A stretch of 64,000 nt of DNA from an uncultured Bacteroidales bacterium (GTDB lineage Bacteria; Bacteroidota; Bacteroidia; Bacteroidales; ML635J-15). Where the stretch lies: contig CALJNE010000008.1 in assembly GCA_937982115.1 (NCBI GenBank), forward strand, positions 635 to 64,634. The letters run 5' to 3'. A program made the translations under genes and the position numbers. A model generated the notes under the pieces. That model saw nothing but the letters and a program-made list of their open reading frames with translations, was not told the DNA's origin and made no database searches. The first letter of the stretch is position 1, and the number at the start of each line of letters is the position of its first letter. Of this stretch, positions 50,371 through 59,908 are shown piece by piece.

Positions 50371-52002
50371 TTATTCTTTTTCGGCTTCGGATATTATTTT
50401 TATTCTGCAGGTACTACCTTTTTTAGCATAAAAGCCGGGTTTAATTCTTATGCTTTCTTTAGCAGTTATGTTAACTTTAACACCGGAGTCTATCACAAAT
50501 CTATCGGTTGAGAGGCTATCAGTAAAAACAAATGGTTCTGCAAATACCGGATAGGTTTTAGTTCCGCGTATAAATCGAGGGTCTATCGTAAGTGAAGATT
50601 TCGAGAAGAAATCCTGGTCGTAAACTACATTACGGGCATATAAATTGAGGGATGGATTAAAATTAGTCAACTGGAATAAAACAATTTGAGCATGGTCGAG
50701 AGATTTTTGCCCGCCATACCAACCTGGGGTTAAATCAAGATTATTTAATTGCTCTAAATATTCTTTCATTGTAATATCTAATGCTTTTAAAGTATCGTCG
50801 GGGAAATCAAATTCGGCAAAATTCACAAATGCTATTGCATTGGTTTTTTTAATAATTTCTAATCTTTCTGCATTATATTTTTCTTCTGCATAAGTAGTTC
50901 CAATAGATCCGTCAACGGCAATTTTGTAGTTACCGTTATTATACAAATTATATACAAAGGTATTTCTAAATCGTCGTATGTCTGTTATTGAAAAATAATT
51001 TTGATTTGGTCTGAATTTGTAATATTCATAAGGAAACATCATCACAATTTTACCATGACTTACGTCTTCGATATATTTAGTGTATCCGGAATAAGATGGA
51101 GATCTACGCACTGAAAATTTTCGACAAGATGTGTATGCTAATCGCCAGCCGTTGTGATACCACCAGTAAGAATCATTTTCGGGATTGAGAATAAAAACAG
51201 GGTTTTCGTATTTTATTTTATTGCATCTGTCAAAAAAAATCACAGTTGATTTGTGCAGGTATGCAAGAGTATCAGCCATTAAAAGGTATTCGGGATTATC
51301 TGTTGATAAGCCAAGAAATAAAAGAGTTCTGGCAAAACCGGTTTGCATGTTAATTACAAGTTCTTCGCCTGGAGGTTGGAGAATGCCGCGACTATAATCC
51401 CATAGACCGCCGTAAACAAAAAAATCCAGAGTTTCACGGGTGCGTTTCTCGAGCCAATCGGCATATTCTCCGAAAGTGTTGAATTTAATTCCCGAGAAAT
51501 TACAGAATTTAGTGTTTTCCACATATTTTTCGGGGTCGAGTTCTTCAAATTGATATAGTGGAGTATTTATTAAACTTGTGTCGAGCACTCTAACAAGAAA
51601 AATAAATTTCGCAAATGATGCGGTTATATAACCATCGGCATAAGTTGATCGGTCGGTTTCTGTCCATTTTGGGGTCTTGGCTTCAGCAGCAGGATTTATA
51701 TCATTTCTGTTTTCTATTATACATAATGATTGTAATATAAATTTGTATAGGTATGCTTTGTCTCTGGTTGCAATGTATAAGTCAATAAAGCCATCCAGCA
51801 CTTTTGTAAGCCCGTCTCCGAAAGTATTCCAGTCTTTATTGGGGTCAATGGTGTATAAACTGTATCTGCGAGGCCAATCCCAATTGTAATAATCGAAATC
51901 CTCTTTTATGTTAATGTTTTCGAAAGTATTTTGAGAAAAGCTTTGCAATCCCAAAATGCTTAAAAATAAAATACAAATTATATGTTTTATTCTGAAAGGC
52001 AT
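50371..52002 (-). CDS. Secreted hypothetical protein, helical core plus C-terminal beta domain resembling the 3-coathanger stack
   Basis: Signal peptide; aromatic-rich helical region with YWWY and EDVSHG; C-terminal ITAKESIRIKPGFYAKKGS. Confidence 0.6.
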   Translation of the reverse strand: MPFRIKHIICILFLSILGLQSFSQNTFENINIKEDFDYYNWDWPRRYSLYTIDPNKDWNTFGDGLTKVLDGFIDLYIATRDKAYLYKFILQSLCIIENRNDINPAAEAKTPKWTETDRSTYADGYITASFAKFIFLVRVLDTSLINTPLYQFEELDPEKYVENTKFCNFSGIKFNTFGEYADWLEKRTRETLDFFVYGGLWDYSRGILQPPGEELVINMQTGFARTLLFLGLSTDNPEYLLMADTLAYLHKSTVIFFDRCNKIKYENPVFILNPENDSYWWYHNGWRLAYTSCRKFSVRRSPSYSGYTKYIEDVSHGKIVMMFPYEYYKFRPNQNYFSITDIRRFRNTFVYNLYNNGNYKIAVDGSIGTTYAEEKYNAERLEIIKKTNAIAFVNFAEFDFPDDTLKALDITMKEYLEQLNNLDLTPGWYGGQKSLDHAQIVLFQLTNFNPSLNLYARNVVYDQDFFSKSSLTIDPRFIRGTKTYPVFAEPFVFTDSLSTDRFVIDSGVKVNITAKESIRIKPGFYAKKGSTCRIKIISEAEKE

Positions 52003-52559
52003 TTTTGTTTTAGTTGTTGATTTTCGTTTTCGAGTTTATTTATTCTTTCATTCAATATTTCGATGTATAAATATAATTCTTCGATGTTTTGCAAAAGTCC
52101 TTTCATTGTTTCGGTGATTTGAATTCCGTTTTCTGTTACGGATTTTTCAGGTTTCATGTATGGAAGATGCTTTTGTTCTTTTATAAAACTTATTCTTTCC
52201 GAAAGTGGTTGTAATTTATAGTTTTCGTTGAAAACAAAGTCACACCATTCATTTGTTTCAACAATTAATTCTTCGCTGGCTCTAATAGACCCGCACACAT
52301 CAAGTTTATACTTTGGTGAATTTTTTCCAAAAGAGAATCTTCCAATGCTGTCAATAGTTAGTATTGGTTCATCGTTTCGGAAAAGTGTAAGTGATAAATT
52401 AGCGGAGTCGGCCTTGTAACTGATGTTGAATTGAGGATTTTTATAAATTTCTACAGGATCGTAGATCTTCTTTTGCTTGATCCTTGTTGTATTTTGACCA
52501 AAATATTGATTTCCAAAAGCAAGTAGTACAAAAATTGTTAACAAAACTTTTACTTTCAT
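51987..52559 (-). CDS. Secreted protein with a tail-fibre/S74-chaperone-like C-terminus
   Basis: KLDV.GSIRA.E, W.DFVF..NYKL.PL, KHLP, LLQNIEELYLY, terminal coiled coil. Confidence 0.7.
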   Translation of the reverse strand: MKVKVLLTIFVLLAFGNQYFGQNTTRIKQKKIYDPVEIYKNPQFNISYKADSANLSLTLFRNDEPILTIDSIGRFSFGKNSPKYKLDVCGSIRASEELIVETNEWCDFVFNENYKLQPLSERISFIKEQKHLPYMKPEKSVTENGIQITETMKGLLQNIEELYLYIEILNERINKLENENQQLKQKCLSE

Positions 52560-52581
52560 AAGTTATATATTTTATAATTAA

Positions 52582-54219
52582 CTACCTGAAAATTTCTTGT
52601 AAAGTATTACCTGTACTCAAAGGGGGAACAGGAGTACCAATCATTACCGAAATTGTGGGGGCAATATCGCTGATGCTGATTTCGCGATAAAGAGTTTGTT
52701 TTTTTACTTTCCATCCGTAAAAAATTAAGGGGACATGAGTGTCGTACCTGTAGCCGGTGTTGTGGTCGGAGCAATAAGGAATGTCTTCTATCCAGCCGGC
52801 ACGCAACGAAATCATTATATCTCCAGATCTTTTAAGGTTAAAAGAGTTTTGCATTTTCTGCGGCATTCCGGATGTGTAATTAATGTTTAAAAATTGATTG
52901 GAACTTATTGCATTTGCAATTCCTGCAGAATTTATTATGAATGTAACCACTTTTTCCTGAAACTCGGCTAAAGAAATTTTTGAATCTTCAATTAAAACTC
53001 TGTTAAGATAAATTTGACTGTTATTAAAATCGAGAATCCAGTCGCCTTCGCCATAAATAGCTCTTAAGTATGATTTCAAAAGCGCGATAATATAATGTTG
53101 TCTGAAAGATCCGGCAGGTAATTTATTATCGAGCAGATATTGAGGAGGATCGGCCATGCCGTGATTTGACGTAAGATAAATAAGTACATTGTTTTTACCA
53201 ACAACATCTTCGATAACTTCTATTAGATGTCCAAGGTCTTTGTCGAATCTAATTAACAAATCTTCAATTTCCAGAGATTGAGGACCGAACAGACGTCCAA
53301 TTTTTTCGGGAACAGAATAATTTACAAACAAAAAATCGGTGTAATCATCTTTTCCGAGATTTTCGTAATAAATAGTTGCAATAGCGAGGTCGTTAAGGTG
53401 TGTGTTACCTTCGGGAATCATTGTCATCAATTCATAATCCCTCACAGTTTTGGTTATTTCGGAATAAATGTATGGGAAAGTTTTGTACATACCGTCAATA
53501 CCGAATTCGTAGTCGTTTCGGTCGGGAAGGAGGCTTGTGTATTTTTCTTTTTCGAGCGATAAATCCCATTGTCTTTTTAGATAGTCGTCGCAATTTTTGT
53601 TTTGGTTAATGTCTTTTATCCAAACAGGCAAATCGTTCACGTAATAAGTTGAACTTGTCCAGGCACCGGTAGCAATATCGAACCAATAAGCAGCATCGGC
53701 TGAAAAACCGCCTGAAAGTACCGCAGCATAAGGGTTAAGACTAATACTGATAATTTTTGATTTTCCGTTATAAAATAATTTGGCTTCGTCGGCAAATGTA
53801 GTCGAAAGCATTTTTAAAGGCGAAAATGAACCTTTTTCTTTTTTACGGGCAAGAGTATTGTAATTATAATCTTCAATACAATCTTCTTTTTTTGAAGTTA
53901 TGGGATTAAACCAGTAATTGCTTACAATTCCGTGTTGGGCAGGTTCGGTGCCGGTAGAAATAGTGGCATATCCGGGGGCTGTTTGTGTGAGGCTGTAGTT
54001 AATTACAGTATTGCGACAATAAGAACCGTTATTTGCAAGTTTTTTGAAACCTTTATTGCCGAAATTATTCCAGAATCTGTCGAGATAATCCTGTCGCATG
54101 CCTTCAACAACAATTCCTACAACTAATTTTGGTTTCTCTGATGGTATTGTGGATTCTAATTGTGTGAAAGCTTGTGCCGTAAGTAGCAGTAATATAAATG
54201 TAAAAATAGTTTTTCCCAT
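52582..54219 (-). CDS. Alkaline phosphatase superfamily (PafA/NPP-like) protein with a degenerate metal site
   Basis: KPKLVVGIVV.GMR.DY, TAPG.ATISTG, GIVSN.W, GP.S.E..D, T.NHG, YDTHVPLIFYG. Confidence 0.85.
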   Translation of the reverse strand: MGKTIFTFILLLLTAQAFTQLESTIPSEKPKLVVGIVVEGMRQDYLDRFWNNFGNKGFKKLANNGSYCRNTVINYSLTQTAPGYATISTGTEPAQHGIVSNYWFNPITSKKEDCIEDYNYNTLARKKEKGSFSPLKMLSTTFADEAKLFYNGKSKIISISLNPYAAVLSGGFSADAAYWFDIATGAWTSSTYYVNDLPVWIKDINQNKNCDDYLKRQWDLSLEKEKYTSLLPDRNDYEFGIDGMYKTFPYIYSEITKTVRDYELMTMIPEGNTHLNDLAIATIYYENLGKDDYTDFLFVNYSVPEKIGRLFGPQSLEIEDLLIRFDKDLGHLIEVIEDVVGKNNVLIYLTSNHGMADPPQYLLDNKLPAGSFRQHYIIALLKSYLRAIYGEGDWILDFNNSQIYLNRVLIEDSKISLAEFQEKVVTFIINSAGIANAISSNQFLNINYTSGMPQKMQNSFNLKRSGDIMISLRAGWIEDIPYCSDHNTGYRYDTHVPLIFYGWKVKKQTLYREISISDIAPTISVMIGTPVPPLSTGNTLQEIFR

Positions 54220-54236
54220 AATCTTTCAAATTGTCG

Positions 54237-54244
54237 CAAATATA
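54237..54244 (-). promoter_or_regulatory. -7 promoter box for the PafA-like operon
   Basis: Minus strand reads TATATTTG. Confidence 0.55.
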
Positions 54245-54285
54245 CACTTTTAAAATCATGGATGTATATTCTTAACGAAAAAATT

Positions 54286-54442
54286 CAGAATGCGACAGTA
54301 ACTCGTTGGACATTCTGCAAATTATCTACGATAATTTAGTAGGCTTCGTACTCTGACAGACTTTTTGTTGAGTAGTTTTCAGTTCGTCGTTTTAATGTTT
54401 GTGCAGGAGTAAGTTGTTTGCGTTGTATTATTTATTTGCTCC
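54286..54442. other. Structured intergenic element (five hairpins); sRNA, terminator region or repeat element
   Basis: Hairpins at 54286-54317, 54319-54337, 54338-54352, 54353-54372 and 54406-54442. Confidence 0.35.
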
Positions 54443-54462
54443 ATGTACCATGTACCTTTTCC

Positions 54463-55689
54463 CTACCACCTTTTTATTATCATTAATACTTTTTTCAAGG
54501 CCTCAATAAACATGTCAATCTCATTGAAGGTATTGTAGAACGCAAAAGAAATTCTGACGGTACCGGGAATATTAAATTCTTGCATTATGGGTTCGGCACA
54601 ATGTGTACCTGTTCTTAAAGCTATCCCCATTTTATCAATTAATATTCCTATATCCGAAGGATGTACATCGTCAACACTGAAAGATATTACAGCAGATTTT
54701 TTTTCAGCTTGACCGATAATTTTTATTTCGGGAAATTCTTTTAGCCTCTCCGTTGCGTAGTTTAAAAGTTCTGTCTCGTAATTATAGATATTGTGGAGTC
54801 CGATTTTTTCGATGTATTTAATAGCTTCGGCAAGAGCAATTGTGTCAATATAATTAGGCGTTCCGGCTTCGAATTTATATGGTAAAACATTGAAAGTAGT
54901 TTTTTCGACCGTAACTTTCGAAATCATTTCTCCTCCACCTTGATATGGAGGCATTTTTTCGAGTAATTCTTTTTTTCCGTAAAGAACACCTGTTCCTGTA
55001 GGACCATAAATTTTATGTCCGGAAAAAACATAAAAATCACAATTTAACTTTTGAACATCTACTTTAATGTGTTGAATAGCCTGTGCTCCGTCAATAAGAA
55101 CAGGAATATTATGATTATGAGCAATTTCAATTATTTCTTCAATGGGATTTATTGTTCCGAGAGCATTCGAAACATGAGTTACTGCAATGATTTTAGTTTT
55201 TGGTGTGATAAGTTTGGGAAGTTCATCAATAATAAGTTCACCTTTGGTGTTAAAGTTTAAAACTTTCAGTTCAGCTTTTTTTCTTTCGCAAAGTAATTGC
55301 CATGGAACAAAGTTAGAATGATGTTCCATTTTAGAAACGATTATTTCATCTCCTTCATTTATAAATGCTTCTCCGAACGAAAAAGCCACAAGGTTTATGG
55401 ATTCTGTAGTTCCTTTGGTTAAAATAACTTCTTTAACCGATGAGGCATTAATAAAATTCTTGATTACTTCGCGAGCTTTTTCTGTTGCTTGTGTTGAATA
55501 ATCACTCAAAAAATGTACTCCTCTATGAATATTTGCATTATAATTTGAATAAAAATCTGCAATCGTGTCAATTACAATTTTTGGTTTTTGTGTTGTGGCT
55601 GCATTATCAAAATATACCAGAGGTTTGTTATATATTGTTCTGCTCAGGATTGGAAAGTCTTTTCTAATATCTTCTATTATTTCTTTCAT
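54463..55689 (-). CDS. sufS: SufS-type (group II) cysteine desulfurase
   Basis: YFDNAATTQKP, EHHSN, DGAQ, FSGHK, RTGTHCA. Confidence 0.95.
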   Translation of the reverse strand: MKEIIEDIRKDFPILSRTIYNKPLVYFDNAATTQKPKIVIDTIADFYSNYNANIHRGVHFLSDYSTQATEKAREVIKNFINASSVKEVILTKGTTESINLVAFSFGEAFINEGDEIIVSKMEHHSNFVPWQLLCERKKAELKVLNFNTKGELIIDELPKLITPKTKIIAVTHVSNALGTINPIEEIIEIAHNHNIPVLIDGAQAIQHIKVDVQKLNCDFYVFSGHKIYGPTGTGVLYGKKELLEKMPPYQGGGEMISKVTVEKTTFNVLPYKFEAGTPNYIDTIALAEAIKYIEKIGLHNIYNYETELLNYATERLKEFPEIKIIGQAEKKSAVISFSVDDVHPSDIGILIDKMGIALRTGTHCAEPIMQEFNIPGTVRISFAFYNTFNEIDMFIEALKKVLMIIKRW

Positions 55690-55720
55690 CTCAATATTTT
55701 TTCATTATTAACCTGCAAAA

Positions 55721-55759
55721 TAAAAAAAATGTTGGCATAACTGCCAACATTTTTTTTTG
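55721..55759. terminator. Bidirectional terminator after the Omp28-type gene
   Basis: A-run ATGTTGGCA-TAAC-TGCCAACAT T-run. Confidence 0.85.
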
Positions 55760-55775
55760 AAACGAAAATAGGGTA

Positions 55776-57668
55776 TTATTGTTTAATGAATTTTTGAATT
55801 TCAGTATTTCCGTTTTTATTTATTTTAATGAAATAAATACCGGCTTCAAGTTCAGAAATATTAACAGTAGCATAACTGTCTGATAAATCAATGTATCTAA
55901 CGACCTGACCGCAGATATTTGAAATTTCAATATTAGAAATAATTTCTTTAGAATAAATGTTTAAAATTTCATTAGCAGGGTTTGGATAAATTGAGCTGAG
56001 AGTGTTGTTTTGATTTATATTAGTTGTAGAGAAAAGTTTTTTAGTGTCGGCTTGCATGATTTCGGCAGTATTCATATTTTGAACAAATGCCACGAGTTCG
56101 CATTTGTCAACATTATATGAAGGGTTAATTTCTAACTCAAATGTGTGGTTGTATGTGCTTTGAGATGAAAAATCCAGTAATAATCCGTTAGGATTTGGAT
56201 ATAAAGCTCTGTTAACAAAATTAACTTTTGGTTGTCCTTGCCAGGTATAGGCAATATCAGTTTCGGTAAGAGCAATGAATAATCTCATTTCGTCGGAGTA
56301 ATAGGGGAAAGTTTCCTCTATACCAACACTAACATTAAATCTGTATGGATTAGTAGATATTTGCTGAGCATCAATATTAACATCGAAAACAGCAGGTTTT
56401 GCCATTAATTCGTTGTAATAAAACAAAAAAGCATTTTTCATTGTTTGAACGTTTGTAGCGGTGCCTTCGTTGCCATAAAATCCGTTGGTGATAGTTGTTG
56501 GATAACCGAAACCATCGTTTTCAACATCGAAGAAAGGACGATAATATAAATCTCTTACATCAGTAGCTGTGGTTGAGAATTGGTCAGGACCAAGTCCGTT
56601 ACCGTGATATTCAATAATGCCTACATTATAATTTTCAGCTGCAATTTGGTCTAATGCTTGAGCTACGTAAGGACAATAAGGACAGTTAACACTGGTGAAT
56701 ACTTCGTAAACAACATATTTACGTGGAGTTCCTCCGTCAATTGAAAGTTCAAGTGTTTGTGGAGCTGAATATCCGGAGCTTGTTCCGTAGAATGCTAATA
56801 AAGAATAAGTATAGTTTCCGGGATATACATTCAAGTCAGTAAAAGTTAATTGGTCAGTTGTTCCAATCACAACACCATTACGTGCAATTGAATAGCTTTC
56901 TGGATTTCCTTGAGTAGGAGCGTCCCAGGTTAAAACAACATCATTAAGGTTTTGAATTTGATATGAAAAGTTTTGTGGAGGATAAGGAGTTTCAACTTCT
57001 TCAATTAAAAAGTTATCCATGTAGTATTCCGGAGTACCGCCTTGATTCCATGCATAGAAATCAAAAGCATCAAGTTTATTGATACCTGTTCCATCGTTAA
57101 AAGTTCCTTTACTCCATTGATAAGCATGAACAAGTTGATCGTTAATGTAGAGGTCAACCCAATCGCTGTTGAGATCAATAAAATGTTGTACTTTTACCCA
57201 TTCTCCGTGGTTAAATGGTACAGTTGCAGCAGCAGCTCCTGCTCCATCAATGGTAATAGTTCCGTTTTTCATAAAGATTTGCATACCCCAAATTAAACCT
57301 TGCCCTAATGGGTTGAAGTTTTGCATAATGTTCCAGTATGCTTGTCTTCCTGAAGGAACATAAATGTAAAATTCTACGCGGTAACGACCTGTTGTGAGAT
57401 CATTAAATTCAATAACACCATCAACAGTACCGGAAACTTTAATTGATTTTGTTCCACTGTAAGCATAAGTATCTGATACTTTTGGATCTTCTGCCGAACC
57501 TGGAAGTCCGCTCCATGTGTTCCACCATGTTGGTTGCTGAGCAGCAATACCTTGCCCAACAGTGTATGATTCAAAATCATCCGAATATAATACCTGTGCA
57601 TTTAAGGCGAATGTAAAGCACAATGAAATGAACAATGTTCCAAATAAAAATTGTAGTGATTTTTTCAT
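55776..57668 (-). CDS. T9SS-secreted Omp28-related protein (beta-sandwich, FN3-like, thioredoxin-like CxxC, type A CTD)
   Basis: E.FTSVNCPYCP, IIEYH, GYPT, LVAFVQN, C-terminal IYPNP...GIYF. Confidence 0.8.
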   Translation of the reverse strand: MKKSLQFLFGTLFISLCFTFALNAQVLYSDDFESYTVGQGIAAQQPTWWNTWSGLPGSAEDPKVSDTYAYSGTKSIKVSGTVDGVIEFNDLTTGRYRVEFYIYVPSGRQAYWNIMQNFNPLGQGLIWGMQIFMKNGTITIDGAGAAAATVPFNHGEWVKVQHFIDLNSDWVDLYINDQLVHAYQWSKGTFNDGTGINKLDAFDFYAWNQGGTPEYYMDNFLIEEVETPYPPQNFSYQIQNLNDVVLTWDAPTQGNPESYSIARNGVVIGTTDQLTFTDLNVYPGNYTYSLLAFYGTSSGYSAPQTLELSIDGGTPRKYVVYEVFTSVNCPYCPYVAQALDQIAAENYNVGIIEYHGNGLGPDQFSTTATDVRDLYYRPFFDVENDGFGYPTTITNGFYGNEGTATNVQTMKNAFLFYYNELMAKPAVFDVNIDAQQISTNPYRFNVSVGIEETFPYYSDEMRLFIALTETDIAYTWQGQPKVNFVNRALYPNPNGLLLDFSSQSTYNHTFELEINPSYNVDKCELVAFVQNMNTAEIMQADTKKLFSTTNINQNNTLSSIYPNPANEILNIYSKEIISNIEISNICGQVVRYIDLSDSYATVNISELEAGIYFIKINKNGNTEIQKFIKQ

Positions 57669-57733
57669 AATTATTGATTTTTAGGATTTCAAATACAATA
57701 TTAAACAATTATTTAATAACTCAAAAAAATTTT

Positions 57734-59794
57734 TTATTTTTGATTAGCAAGTCTGCTTTTTGCAACATTAATGTTCTGAATAATACTTTGATTTTGTGGG
57801 TCTAAAGCCAGAGCTTTTTCAAATAATTCAAGGGCTTTAATGTCATTGTTCTCAATACCGTAGGTTATACCGATATATTTATAAACTTCGGCATCTTCTT
57901 TAATTTTAGCAGCACTATAAAGGTTTTCTCTTGCAATGTTATATTTACCTATATTCCCATAGCTTACTCCCAGCCTGAAAAGAAGATCAAAATTATTAGG
58001 ATTCACGGACTTAGCTTTTTCGTAATAAAATATTGCAGAATCTGCGTTGGCAATAGTGGAAAAATAATACAGGTTAGCAATTTCAAAATATGATAAGAAA
58101 TACTTAGGAGCAGCTTTAGAAAATTCTATCCAGACCGATTTTTCATATTCGGGTTCGTCAACATTATAAGTTAGAATTCCGTAAGCATTATTCCAGATAT
58201 CTGCATTTAAAGGTGTTTCTTTTAAAGCTCTGATGTAATATTCAAATAGTTTTTTATAATCTCCGTATAATTTGTAATATGCATTGCCGAGTCTGATAAG
58301 AGGTTCGCTGTAATACGGATAGATTTCTATTGCTTTTTGGAAATAAGGAATTGCTTCTTTGAGATATTTATTTCGTAATACTGTATCACCTGCAGCTTCA
58401 GCATCTTCGGAGAGTTTATAAAGTTCGCTGGCATAGGAGCTGTTTCCTTTTGCAGAGTTCTTACTTATTTTTACGTCATTTGCAAATAAAGTAAGATTAT
58501 CTTTCCACACTGTATTACGGGATATGGTTTTAATAGAGAAAAGCAATAAAATTATAATCGAGATAAAATAAGCAGTTATAATGTAATGATTTCGATTTTT
58601 TATCACTAAAGGCAATTTATCTGTTAAAACGTAAGCAACTATTATGCACCATCCCAATAATGAAACGTAAACAAATCTTTCGCTCATAAAAGCTCCGATA
58701 TTGAAAACTATGTTTGAAGTAATTGAAAGTGTTATGGCGTAAAATAATATACCGTACGAAAAAATACTTTTTTTTCGTAATCCGTAAATTGCAATAAATC
58801 CTAAAGCTAAATAAATTATTAAACTCAAAATAGCTCTCCATTCGGTCCAATTTACTAAAGGAATATGATAAGGGTAATAATCCCAGGTGAGAGGATGAGG
58901 GAAAAACAAAAGCTTTAAGTAAATTAAAAGCGTAAGGAATATGGTTGCATATTTTTCCGATAATGTTGCATACAGAAACGGGTTATTCATCAATTGTGTA
59001 GCTTCGATGGAAGTTTGATCTTTCAGAACAATAGAACGAATAAAAAGATATAAAGCCGCTCCAAAGAAAGCCGGAATTGAAGCAAAAATAATTTTTCCGG
59101 TTTTGACATTTCTGAAAAAATAAATGCTTAATGGGATTATGGCAATAAAAGTAATACTTATTTCTTTGGACATTGATCCTAAAAACAGAAATACAAATGA
59201 ATTAATAAGTTCTATGCTTTTATTTTTATCAATATAATTTAAAACAGAGTTAAGGGCTGCAATAGAAAACAAGAATGCTAAAATTTCGTCGCGGCTTTTT
59301 ATGTTTGCAACGATTTCGGTATGCAAGGGATGGGCAGCAAAAAGCAATACTGATATAAAGGGGATGTTTAACCATTTGTAGGTTGAATGGAAATTCTTAA
59401 AAAGTTTGCAAAGAACATTATAAAGTATGATTAAAGAGATGCAATACAACAGAATATTAAAAAAATGACTTAAAGCCGGATTCCCTTTAAATGAAGCCTT
59501 AGCCGAGCGGTCAGTTGTATTTTTGCCGAAAAACTCAACTTCCATAGCAAAAGTTATCAGGGATAATGGTCTGTATCTGCCGCCTTCGAGTTCTTTGCTG
59601 TCTTTACCGAACATCCCGGCAAAAGAATCGTAAGCTAAAATATCTGGAATCCCGTCAATTCCCTTTTGAACAAATTCATTTTTCCAGTAAGTAGCTTTGT
59701 CGTCGAGAGCGTACTTGTGCCCAATGGTATTGGCATACAATAAAAAAGCAAAAACAAATATTATGATTTTTTCAATATTTGATGAGAGCTTCAT
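57734..59794 (-). CDS. TMTC-like GT-C glycosyltransferase (DUF1736 plus TPR); start MKLSS at 59794
   Basis: YANT.G..YALDD, YRPL, HPLHTE.VANI.SRDE, SKE, YLKLL.FP.PL..DY, ERF.Y, W.DNLTLF, several TPRs. Confidence 0.8.
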   Translation of the reverse strand: MKLSSNIEKIIIFVFAFLLYANTIGHKYALDDKATYWKNEFVQKGIDGIPDILAYDSFAGMFGKDSKELEGGRYRPLSLITFAMEVEFFGKNTTDRSAKASFKGNPALSHFFNILLYCISLIILYNVLCKLFKNFHSTYKWLNIPFISVLLFAAHPLHTEIVANIKSRDEILAFLFSIAALNSVLNYIDKNKSIELINSFVFLFLGSMSKEISITFIAIIPLSIYFFRNVKTGKIIFASIPAFFGAALYLFIRSIVLKDQTSIEATQLMNNPFLYATLSEKYATIFLTLLIYLKLLFFPHPLTWDYYPYHIPLVNWTEWRAILSLIIYLALGFIAIYGLRKKSIFSYGILFYAITLSITSNIVFNIGAFMSERFVYVSLLGWCIIVAYVLTDKLPLVIKNRNHYIITAYFISIIILLLFSIKTISRNTVWKDNLTLFANDVKISKNSAKGNSSYASELYKLSEDAEAAGDTVLRNKYLKEAIPYFQKAIEIYPYYSEPLIRLGNAYYKLYGDYKKLFEYYIRALKETPLNADIWNNAYGILTYNVDEPEYEKSVWIEFSKAAPKYFLSYFEIANLYYFSTIANADSAIFYYEKAKSVNPNNFDLLFRLGVSYGNIGKYNIARENLYSAAKIKEDAEVYKYIGITYGIENNDIKALELFEKALALDPQNQSIIQNINVAKSRLANQK

Positions 59795-59883
59795 AAATTG
59801 AAATTTTTGCGAAAAATAATAAAATGATTTTAAAAAACTGAAAATTAATAAAATGATAATTTTGAAAATATGAAAGAATTTAA

Positions 59884-59891
59884 TAATTTTG
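59884..59891 (+). promoter_or_regulatory. -7 promoter box for rplY
   Basis: TAATTTTG. Confidence 0.6.
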
Positions 59892-59908
59892 CAGGCTGAA
59901 TGTCGAAC

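Noticed and set aside
54316-54444. Possible UGA (selenocysteine) read-through of the 21-aa ORF next to sufS
   Set aside because: No convincing SECIS hairpin after the UGA, no selenoprotein-like motif, and no sel genes in view.
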